From: Nitrospirota bacterium
Lineage (GTDB): Bacteria; Nitrospirota; Nitrospiria; Nitrospirales; Nitrospiraceae
DNA length: 64,000 nt
Direction: 5' to 3'
NCBI GenBank assembly: GCA_963703955.1
Contig: CAVPGK010000010.1
Location: forward strand, 1-64,000
The notes under the pieces: model-generated
Database searches by the model: none
The model's input: the letters and a program-made list of their open reading frames with translations, nothing else
What the model was told of the DNA's origin: nothing
Shown here: one piece after another, positions 21,227 to 29,940 of the stretch
Layout: each line of letters opens with the position of its first letter
Position numbering within the stretch: the first letter of the stretch is position 1
Translations under genes and position numbers: made by a program

Positions 21227-21242
21227 TGGCACTTCGCTTGCG
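21227..21242 (+). promoter_or_regulatory. sigma54 (-24/-12) promoter
   Basis: TGGCAC-TTCGC-TTGCG matches TGGCAC-N5-TTGC; palindromic TTGGT...ACCAA about 80 bp upstream could be an activator site. Confidence 0.75.
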
Positions 21243-21253
21243 TTATCTCTAGC

Positions 21254-21316
21254 ATGAAAGTCCGTGCCCGAGCCAAACCTAAGGCTGCGGCTTACCGGAA
21301 AACGGCGAAGGTTTAG
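21254..21316 (+). CDS. Putative leaderless 20-aa basic peptide MKVRARAKPKAAAYRKTAKV (or structured RNA)
   Basis: ATG lies at the predicted sigma54 start site; manual translation. Confidence 0.35.
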   Translation: MKVRARAKPKAAAYRKTAKV

Positions 21317-21477
21317 TCAAAGTAAAGCGTTCACTATTCAGCTATCAGTTTCGGACTCGAAAAAACTTTTCACATTCGGTTTGCGGGTGAATCCTGACGC
21401 TGACATGAAGACTTGGAAGTTTGAGAAACGGCTACCTTGAGATACTGAGTCGGGATCGGAAATACGAAGTAGCTATT

Positions 21478-21651
21478 ATGTCGTGGGGATACTGGGGAAT
21501 CGTGAGCGGCCTATTGGTCATGCTCACAGTGTGCTTCTTCTGCATCGATCTTCTGTATGACGCGCGGCAGAAGTTCTCCAGGAGGGGGAAGACCGTCGCC
21601 CCAGGAGAAACGACAACCACGAGTTCTTCCGATTCGAAACACGTCGCCTAG
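21478..21651 (+). CDS. Small single-TM protein
   Basis: MSWGYWGIVSGLLVMLTVCFFCIDLLY hydrophobic N-terminus. Confidence 0.65.
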   Translation: MSWGYWGIVSGLLVMLTVCFFCIDLLYDARQKFSRRGKTVAPGETTTTSSSDSKHVA

Positions 21652-21755
21652 CGAACGGCCGTGGTGTTGGAAGAGTAGTGGGGGTTGCGGATTCGAGCGA
21701 TATCTAGAAGGGGGCCGGAGAGAGTCTAGCCTAGTCGATGAGCGGAAGCGCCGGC

Positions 21756-22025
21756 ATGGCCTCCCGCCATTCCCAGCAGGAAACCCTGTTGCTGCAGGCA
21801 CTCCGGTCGGAGGGTTCGTTGACCATGGAGTGGTATGCGGAAGATTACTACGCGGTAGCTCCCCGGCAGGACCCGCAAGGCCCCCTGCGCGGGTCCTGCC
21901 GCGTCCTGCGCGGCGGCGATTGGAGCCAGGGGCCGCTGGAGCTGCGGGCCAGCACACGCGCCTGGGATGAGATGACCTATTGGGGACCGACATTGGGGGT
22001 TCGCTGCGCAGCCGACGTACCATGA
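21756..22025 (+). pseudogene. Chimeric relic ending in a formylglycine-generating-enzyme (FGE-sulfatase) domain C-terminus
   Basis: MEWYAEDYY...DPQGP...RVLRGGDW...LRA..R...GVRCA; N-terminal part of the domain absent. Confidence 0.75.
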
Positions 22026-22044
22026 TACCTAAGGCAGAACGATC

Positions 22045-22105
22045 GTGCTGAGTGATGAATGAAGTGCCCTTGCCCCTCCCTCGTTCGCATTCATCGATCC
22101 TCACT
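22045..22105. repeat. Heptamer-periodic hairpin between convergent genes (possible terminator)
   Basis: GCTGAGT-GATGAAT opposite ATTCATC-GATCCTC-ACT. Confidence 0.5.
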
Positions 22106-23439
22106 CTAGACGACCGAGTCGGCCTTCGCCAACCAGTGTTGCAGGACGTTGTCTAGGATCGTGAGGCGGACGGCTGGGTCGTCGATGGACCCAACCGATA
22201 GATGAGAGGAATCGAGGCCGGGCAGGGCGGTCGGATTGGCATGAACCGGCAGTAGGACATGGACGGAGACCGCGGGGGCGAGTGTCTGTTGTGCCTTCAG
22301 AAAAGTCTGACTGTGACTCAGTCCACCCTCAATCTCTGGGTTGACCAACAGGATGACCCCTAACGCTTCGGGCAGGCACTGTTCCCACACTGATCGGAAA
22401 CGTTTTTCGGCGCCGGACGGCGATCAGGTGGAGGAGTGTCCCGGCTGAGAGCCGGACGAGGCCAAAATCGGTGTGAGGAACGGATCTCGCCCGTTCATGT
22501 CCTGTCGCCGCCCACCGCGAAAGGGAAAGATCCTGGACAAGGTGTTGAATCAATTCACTCCTGCCTGAGCCGGTTACCCCCACCACGAGGATCCGCACGA
22601 TGAGCGGGTCGGCTGTCGTCAGATCCCGCTCTGAATCGCCTGGTCACTTCTTCGAGGTGGGTCACGATGCGGTCGGCAGGGCCGGAACCGGGCATGTCCT
22701 CGACCAGGCGAGCTGCGACAGGGATCTGCTGTTCGTGCTCCTCCAACCTGCGCAGATCTTCAAACAGAACATGGGCGAGACTCGCTGTAATGGGCATCCG
22801 TTCAGGCACGGCGTCCGGTAGGAACAGATACCGCCCCGCTTTCCAACCCAGCAGGACGTACAGGGGTTCTTCGCGTTTCGGTGACCGGATATCCGCCTCC
22901 ACGATCAACCCGTCTCGAAAATAGAGCGTGCCGGTGCGCTCACCGTGACTGAGCACCAAAGCACCCGTTTTCTGATCCAGTTCGAGCATCTGTACCAGAT
23001 CAAGCACATCGACGTCTTCCAATTGCCCGCTCAGGCCGATGCGATCCAGTGGGATCTTCTTCGCTTGCTCGATGCGATCCATGACCGTTTCCACCCGCTC
23101 GGCAAGCTGATCCAGCGGGCAGGGCTTGGTGAGATAATCATCCGCCCCCACCTTACGGGCTTTGATCTTGTCGGTGTCCTGATCCTTGGCGGTAAGGAAG
23201 ATAAAGGGAATGGTGCGAGTCGCCGGATCGCGCCGGAGACGGCTGCACAGCTCGAACCCATCCATGCCGGGCATGCTGATGTCGGCGATGATCAGGTCTG
23301 GTCGATTGTCAGCCACGATCTGAATCGCATCCAAGCCGTTGGGTGCGGTTCTCACCTCATAATCGCGTCCCCGCAGGTAGAGTGAGACTACCCGTTGCAG
23401 GTGGGGCTCATCGTCCACGACAAGGATTTTGGCCGGCAT
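22106..23439 (-). CDS. Response regulator: REC + DUF4388 + degenerate small GTPase domain (two frameshifts)
   Basis: ILVVDDE, DISMPGMDG, FLTAK, KP; LSGQLEDVDVLDLVQML...KTGAL...LYFRDG; RILVVGVTGSGRS...DFG...WEQCLPEALGVILLV. Confidence 0.75.
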
Positions 23440-23469
23440 CACGCGCCTCGCGCTCTTTAGGAGCGCAGT

Positions 23470-23583
23470 TTTCAGCAATCAGCTCTCAGCAAGCCATGAA
23501 GTCGGAAACTGCGGAAGGAGACACCATGAATCGCTCTCGCCATAATCTTCCTGCTGAAGGCTGACCGCTGAGAGCTGAATGCT
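23470..23583. repeat. Heptamer-periodic inverted repeat
   Basis: TTTCAGC-AATCAGC-TCTCAGC (23470-23490) and GCTGAAG-GCTGACC-GCTGAGA-GCTGAAT (23553-23580). Confidence 0.8.
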
Positions 23584-24866
23584 TCAGTTCAGGATGTGAG
23601 GCTGCCCTACACCGGTAATCACATCGTCCGAAATCACGATCGACTTGACGTCCTGGAGGGCGGGGACCTCATACATGAGGTCAAGCATGACATCCTCGAG
23701 GATCGCACGGAGCGCCCGGGCTCCTGTCTTCATCGGCGCGGCACGATGCGCGATGGCTTTGACCGCCGCATCGGTAAACGTGAGCTTCACATTTTCCAGT
23801 TCGAAGAGGGCCTCATACTGCTTGAGCAGGGCGTTCTTGGGTTCGGTAAGCACACGAACGAGGGCGGATTCATCGAGATCAGACAGGGTGGTTAACACGG
23901 GGAATCGGCCCACAAATTCCGGAATCAGACCGAACTTCAACAGGTCTTCCGGTTGCACGCGCCCCAGGAGGACTCCGGCCGCTCCAACCTCGCGGGAGGT
24001 CGGGGTGGATCCGAAACCGATCCGCCTGGTGTGTGGTCCGAAACGCGACGAGCTGATCCAGTCCGACGAAGGCGCCGCCACAAATGAACAGAATGTTGGC
24101 GGTGTCGACGCGAATGTATTCCTGTTCGGGATGCTTGCGACCACCTTTCGGAGGTACGTTGCAGATGGTCCCTTCAACCAGTTTCAGGAGAGCCTGTTGC
24201 ACGCCTTCGCCCGACACATCCCGGGTGATCGAAGCGCTCTCGGACTTGCGGCTGATTTTGTCGATCTCATCGATATAGATGATGCCCGGTCTCTGCCCGT
24301 TTCACATCGAAGTCGGCGGATTGCAGCAGTTTGAGCACCACGTTCTCGACGTCCTCCCCCACATAGCCGGCCTCGGTCAACGTCGTGGCATCGGCGATGG
24401 CGAACGGAACATGAAGAATTTTCGCCAGTGTCTGGGATAAGAGGGTCTTCCCGGTGCCGGTCGACCCGATCAGGAGAATATTCCCTTTTTGGAGCTCGAC
24501 GTCCTTTAACCGGCTCCGACTCAGGATGCGCTTGTAGTGATTATGGACCGCCACCGACAGAACTTTCTTTGCGCGGTCCTGCCCGACGACGTATTGATCC
24601 AGGATCTCCTTGATCTCCGACGGTTTGGGTAGCTGAAGTTCCGAGGTTAATTCGGGTCGAGCTACAGCCGCACCTTCAGCCAGAAACGTGCCGCACAATC
24701 GGACGCACTCGTTGCAAATCAGAAGGTTGAAGCCGGTCTGGCACGTGTGGCAATGGTACGGCGCCGGGCTCTCAATCAAACTCTTGACGGCGTTCTCGCG
24801 TTTACCGCAGAAAGAGCATTGGCGGTTCCGTTTGTCCTTGTCTTGCCTTGACTCCCAAAACACCAT
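23584..24866 (-). CDS. clpX: ClpX ATPase, orphan copy, with frameshifts near 24285 and 24050
   Basis: CSFCG Zn finger, [39 protein letters not shown] loop, GARALR. Confidence 0.92.
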
Positions 24867-24954
24867 GCTTCTCCTCTTCTCCCGTAATATCCCCTCAAAA
24901 CCAAATAACGACGGGCAGGCATTCCACTCGGGAGAGGTGTCTCGGCGCCCAATC

Positions 24955-26980
24955 TTAGCCTGAGCCCGAGTTCAACTCAAGCTGCGTATTCTGGGGCTGA
25001 AGCGGAACGTCGGCAGGCGGAAATAGAACGATAAATCGGCTGCCATGCCCCTTCGTCGCTTTCCACGGCAATGGTGCCGCGGTTATCTTCGACCAGTCGT
25101 TTGACGTTGGTAAGTCCCAGTCCCGTCCCATACTCCTTGGTGGTGAAAAACGGCTCAAAGATCCGTCGAAGGTCCTTTTCGGAAATGCCGCAGCCGGTGT
25201 CCGCCACCTCGATGGCGATTCCGCCGTACTCATCGCGTCGCGTCGTGACCGTGAGCTGGCCGCCTTCTGTCATCGATTCCCGCGCATTCATCAGCAGGTT
25301 GACCAGCGCTTCCTTCACCTGATCGGGATCGACACAGAGGTCCGGCAACTCCTGCTCGAAGTGGGTGGAGATGGTGAGCCGTTCGTGTCCGCCTTGGGCT
25401 TTCCATTGCCAGAGCGCGGCCCGGGCGATCGACTCCGCGGCGATCGGCTTGGGCTCCGGCGGCTTTTGCCGCGCATACCGCAGGAAGTCGTTGATACGGT
25501 GGGTGAGCCGGTCGACTTCCTCGATGATATAGCGGGTGACCTCCTGTTTGACCGCATCCGATCGCCGTTCTTCAAGCACAAGCTGCGCCGAGCTTCTGAT
25601 CACAGCGAGTGGGTTTCTGAGGTCGTGGGCCAGCGCGGCCAGCAGTTGTCCCACGGAGGCGAGCTTCTCCTTACGGATGAGTTCGTCCTGCTGCACCGTG
25701 ACCGTGTGTAGGCTGTTCTCGAGCGCGTGGCGCATCGCATTGAAGGTGTGCGCCAGGTCTTCGATTTCGTCGCCGGTCCGGATTTCAATCGCGGCTCGAC
25801 GGGTCTCCGCAGGCGGAGGTGCTGTGGCTTGAGAGAGGTTCGCCACGTCGCTCCGCAAGGCGTCCGCTTCTCGTCTCAACGCCAAGATCGGGCTCACGAT
25901 CCGGTGGCCGAGGGTAAAGCCCAGCGAGGCCAGCACCACGACCAGGCCGAACCCGATCAAACCCACCGTGAGCAGCAGTGAGTAAATCGGGGCGTAGGTT
26001 TCGTCCGGATGCTGTCGAACGAAGGCGAACCATTCGTAGCCGCCGAGACTCAACGGACTCAGCTTGTGGACAAACCGTACCGGCGCCACGCCGATGATGG
26101 AGTTGTGCCCGCCGTGGGCATCGTCGTCCACGACCAGCCACTGCGGTTGGTCGCGGGCCAACAGATTGATGAGAGCCTCCTGGATCAGATGGGCGGTGGG
26201 TGGAAGCACCGGGCACACCAGCGGCGTACCGGCGGTATCCATGAGCATGCCATGGCCGGTGTCACCCACGCGAATCGGCAGGATGGTGTCCATCAGGACC
26301 TCACGCCGGATGATCAGGCCGAGGACACCGATCGGTTCATCAAGGTCCTCCCCCGGAATGGGCACCGCCACTTCAAACACATACTCTTTGAGCACCGGAT
26401 CCAGTTGAAGGGAGCTCACGAACGCCGTGGTGAGGTCTCCCTGAAACGCCTCTTGCCACCATTCCTCGTCGGCATTGAAATATGGCGCGTTGGAATCGTT
26501 GGAAGCCACCAGGACGCCGTGGCTATCCGCGACCATCACGCGGACGTAATGCCCGTCTTTGCCCGCCCACTTCTCCAGATAACTGATTGTCCGTGACAAG
26601 GGAAAGGAGCCGCTGTTCAGATGTGCCTTGAGACGCTCAGAGCGGCCGTCCGACATCAGACGCTTGATCTCGGCTTTACTCTTGCCGTCAAACTGTCGGT
26701 TGGACAGCTCGACCATCTGGCGGATGAGAATCGGGGCAGCGGCGAGTTGCACGGCCCTGTCGATCTCCATGTCCACCGCGGATGAGATCCGAATGGCCGT
26801 GGATCGGGCGATCTCCTGGAAACTACTTCCGATCGAATGTTTGAGGCTGTCGGTGCTGTAGAGATAGGTGGCAAGTAACGCTACGATGCCGGGCACGATG
26901 CCGGCAATGAGCAGCGCGATGAAGAATTTCTTCTGGAGGCCGGTCCTGGAATGGTGTTCCATGGAATGAGCCCGGCTCAT
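24955..26980 (-). CDS. Membrane sensor histidine kinase (Cache-like, HAMP, HisKA, HATPase); frameshift near the C-terminus
   Basis: [10 protein letters not shown]-box, [26 protein letters not shown]. Confidence 0.92.
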
Positions 26981-27050
26981 GAATCGTGAAAATGATGATG
27001 TCGCCCCCGGAAAAGAAAGTCAAGCGGCGCCAATCGCCAGAAGAGGGCCC

Positions 27051-28439
27051 CTAGACGTCGCTGTCCAGCGGCGCAAGGTTGTACTTGGCCATGCGGTAGC
27101 GGAGGGTATTGCGGGTGATCTTCAGCAAGCGGCTGGCTTCGGACACGTTCCCGCCCGTTTTTTCCAACGCTTCCTTGAGCATGGCTTTTTCCAACTCATC
27201 GACCGACAGGCCGAATGAGAGCAGTGAGACCTGAGGCGACATTTCTTTCACGGGTTCGCCGGCCGTCCGCAGGTAAGAGGGCAGGTGCTCCGGGCGGATC
27301 TCGCCTTCGTGGCAACTGATCGTGATCCATTCCACCACATTATGCAGTTCCCGCACGTTTCCCGGCCAAGGATAGTGTTGGAGAGTGGCCAGTGCGTCAC
27401 CCGACACGCCGCGTGTGCGCGTCCCACGCTCGCGGGCGGACACTTCGAGGAATGCAGTCAGTAAGGCTGAGATGTCATCACGCCTTTCGCGTAATGGTGG
27501 AATATGCACAGGGCAGACATGGAATCGATAGTACAGGTCTTCCCGGAACCGTCCTTTCTTGATAAGGTCGGACAGATCCTGATTCGTAGCTCCGATCACC
27601 CGGATATCCACTTTGACTGCACGGGTGCCGCCCAGCGGGTCAACTGTATGATCTTCAAGAACCCTGAGTAGCTTCGCCTGCGTCGCCAAACTCATCTCGC
27701 CGATCTCATCGAGAAATAGCGTGCCACGATCGGCTAACTGGAACCGCCCGGGCTTGGCCTTCTTGGCGTCGGTGAAGGCCCCCTTTTCATATCCGAAGAG
27801 TTCCGATTCCAGGAGGGTTTCCGGTATCCCGGCGCAATTGACGGCGATCAGCGGCCCGCCCGCGCGGAGGCTGGCGTAGTGGATTGCACGGGCCAGGAGT
27901 TCCTTCCCGGTTCCGCTTTCGCCGGTGATGAGGACAGTGACGTCGGTGCGCGCCACCTCCATGGCCATGCGCTTGACCTCGGCCATCTTCCGGGACACGC
28001 TGACGATACGCTCGAAGCCGAACTGGTCCCGAAGCCCAGCCCGTAGCGTGCGGTTGTCCTGGGACAATCGGCTGGCCTGGAGCGCGCGTGAAATCACGAT
28101 CTTCAGTTCGTCGTGATCCACTGGCTTGGACAGATAATCATAGGCGCCCTTGCGCATGGCCTCGACCGCCGACTTCACCGTTCCGTAGCCCGTGATGAGC
28201 ACCACCGGGACATCCGGCAACACCCGCTTGGCGGTCTCGAGGACCTCAAGCCCGGTGGTGTTGCCGAGTTGAAGATCGGTGATAATCAGATCGATGGCCG
28301 TTCCGTCTCTCAACGTGCGAATGCCTTCTTCACCGCTGGCGGCCAAGACTAGTTCGTATCCTTCCTCTCTCAGGACCAGCTCCAACAAGCGGCGCATCCG
28401 CTCTTCATCTTCGATAATCAACAACGTGGCTGGGCGCAT
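27051..28439 (-). CDS. sigma54-dependent response regulator (NtrC family)
   Basis: REC domain; GESGTGKE, GAFTDA, FLDEIG, WPGNVREL; Fis-type HTH. Confidence 0.96.
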   Translation of the reverse strand: MRPATLLIIEDEERMRRLLELVLREEGYELVLAASGEEGIRTLRDGTAIDLIITDLQLGNTTGLEVLETAKRVLPDVPVVLITGYGTVKSAVEAMRKGAYDYLSKPVDHDELKIVISRALQASRLSQDNRTLRAGLRDQFGFERIVSVSRKMAEVKRMAMEVARTDVTVLITGESGTGKELLARAIHYASLRAGGPLIAVNCAGIPETLLESELFGYEKGAFTDAKKAKPGRFQLADRGTLFLDEIGEMSLATQAKLLRVLEDHTVDPLGGTRAVKVDIRVIGATNQDLSDLIKKGRFREDLYYRFHVCPVHIPPLRERRDDISALLTAFLEVSARERGTRTRGVSGDALATLQHYPWPGNVRELHNVVEWITISCHEGEIRPEHLPSYLRTAGEPVKEMSPQVSLLSFGLSVDELEKAMLKEALEKTGGNVSEASRLLKITRNTLRYRMAKYNLAPLDSDV

Positions 28440-28441
28440 GC

Positions 28442-29419
28442 TTATACCATCTGTTTGAGCGGCTGCGGTTTGAGATTACGGATGGCCGTCCGGACGTTTT
28501 CCAGGAATCCTGAATGCTTAGCGCGGAGGATCGGACTCTTCCGGAACGTGGATCCGAAATCGCGCTCATTCATGGCGACCAACTCGGACAAGCGTGGCGC
28601 AAGTGTCAGCGCAGATGGCTGGAACGCCTCTTCGTCCGTCGGGGTCGCATTCATATTATACGGGCACACGTCCAGGCAGTCATCGCACCCGAAGACGCGG
28701 TTTGCAATGTGCGAGCTGAATTCGTCCGGTGTCGCCTCACCGGTCCGCGGGAGTTCGATCGTCAGGTAGGAAATGCATCGGCGCGCGTCTACTACATAAG
28801 ACTCTGTGATCGCTCCGGTGGGGCAGGCGCGGATGCATAGGGTGCACGAGCCGCAGAGGTCCGCGCCCGGCTCGTCGGGATCGAGGTCGACCGTGGTCAG
28901 GATTTCTCCAAGCAACAACCAGGACCCAAAGTGCGGAGAGACCAGGTTCGAATGTTTGCCGATCCAGCCGAGCCCAGCCTGTTGGGCCCAGGCTTTTTCC
29001 ATGACCGGGCCGGTGTCGACATAACTCCTCGTCATGGCTCCCGGCGCCAGAGTCCGGATTCTCGCTTCCAGCCGTACGAGGCGATCCAGCAGGACATCAT
29101 GATAGTCCTCCCCCCACGCATAGCGCGCGATGCGCCCGTACCCTGGTCGTTCGTCTGCTCGGCGTTCGGTGTAGTAGTTCATGCCGACGGAGATCACCGA
29201 TCGGCAGCCCGCGAGCGCGTATTTGGGGTCGGCGCGCCGATCGGGGTCCCGACCCATCCAGGCCATTGCGCCCTGGTAACCGCGACGAAGCCATTCCTGC
29301 AGGCGGTCATGGAGATCGCCGAGGACCGAGCTTGATGAACCAGCATCCACACGGCTGATGCCGACGGCTTGAAAGCCAAGCGCCTGCGCCTCCCGTTTGA
29401 TCATGTCCGTCATTGTCAT
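28442..29419 (-). CDS. queG: Epoxyqueuosine reductase QueG
   Basis: IARYAWGEDYH, VDTGPVMEK, GWIGKH, CGSCTLCIRACPT, CISYLTIE, GCDDCLDVCP. Confidence 0.95.
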   Translation of the reverse strand: MTMTDMIKREAQALGFQAVGISRVDAGSSSSVLGDLHDRLQEWLRRGYQGAMAWMGRDPDRRADPKYALAGCRSVISVGMNYYTERRADERPGYGRIARYAWGEDYHDVLLDRLVRLEARIRTLAPGAMTRSYVDTGPVMEKAWAQQAGLGWIGKHSNLVSPHFGSWLLLGEILTTVDLDPDEPGADLCGSCTLCIRACPTGAITESYVVDARRCISYLTIELPRTGEATPDEFSSHIANRVFGCDDCLDVCPYNMNATPTDEEAFQPSALTLAPRLSELVAMNERDFGSTFRKSPILRAKHSGFLENVRTAIRNLKPQPLKQMV

Positions 29420-29838
29420 GGTTTCGTCTTCTGCGGCGTTTGCGAGATCGGAGGGGGCATGGTGCCGGAACAGTCGAACATCACCCCGAACCGCGCTGAA
29501 CACTGAGCGGTCTTGCAACGGTCACATGTTCCGGTGATGCGAGTCTTCCAGTCGGTTTCTTTTTCATTGAACCGGCAGGTGGTCACGCCTCCTTTTGAGA
29601 TGGTGGACCATGGACGGCCGGTGCCGGGAAAATTGGCGACCACGCACCCTGAGAGAACAGGCACATGGCAGCTTCGCCTGGCCTCGCCTTTGACCATGCC
29701 GAAATTGCAGGAGGATTCGGTTGTCGCAGTTGAGTCACCCAGCGGTTGCGAAGCGGCGAGGTCAAAACAAGCCACGCCCAGAGCGGCGACCATGGTCAGT
29801 TGAACCGCGCGGATCGAGATGAATCCGATAGGGTGCAT
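29416..29838 (-). CDS. Hypothetical secreted Cys-rich protein
   Basis: Hydrophobic leader; eight Cys in the mature part; stop overlaps the queG start (ATGA). Confidence 0.65.
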   Translation of the reverse strand: MHPIGFISIRAVQLTMVAALGVACFDLAASQPLGDSTATTESSCNFGMVKGEARRSCHVPVLSGCVVANFPGTGRPWSTISKGGVTTCRFNEKETDWKTRITGTCDRCKTAQCSARFGVMFDCSGTMPPPISQTPQKTKP

Positions 29839-29940
29839 GCGGATGCATCGTATCACACCCTTTTCTTGCAGCCAATGCATCCTATGGGTAGAATCGAGGG
29901 GGTCCCAAGCCTGTCTGAGGTCACGATCGGAGGAGCGTCT

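Noticed and set aside
21268..21322. c-di-GMP-I riboswitch (GCCAAACC...GAAA)
   Set aside because: The GGGACGCAAA-type 3' element and second hairpin are not evident; kept only as an unknown structured RNA
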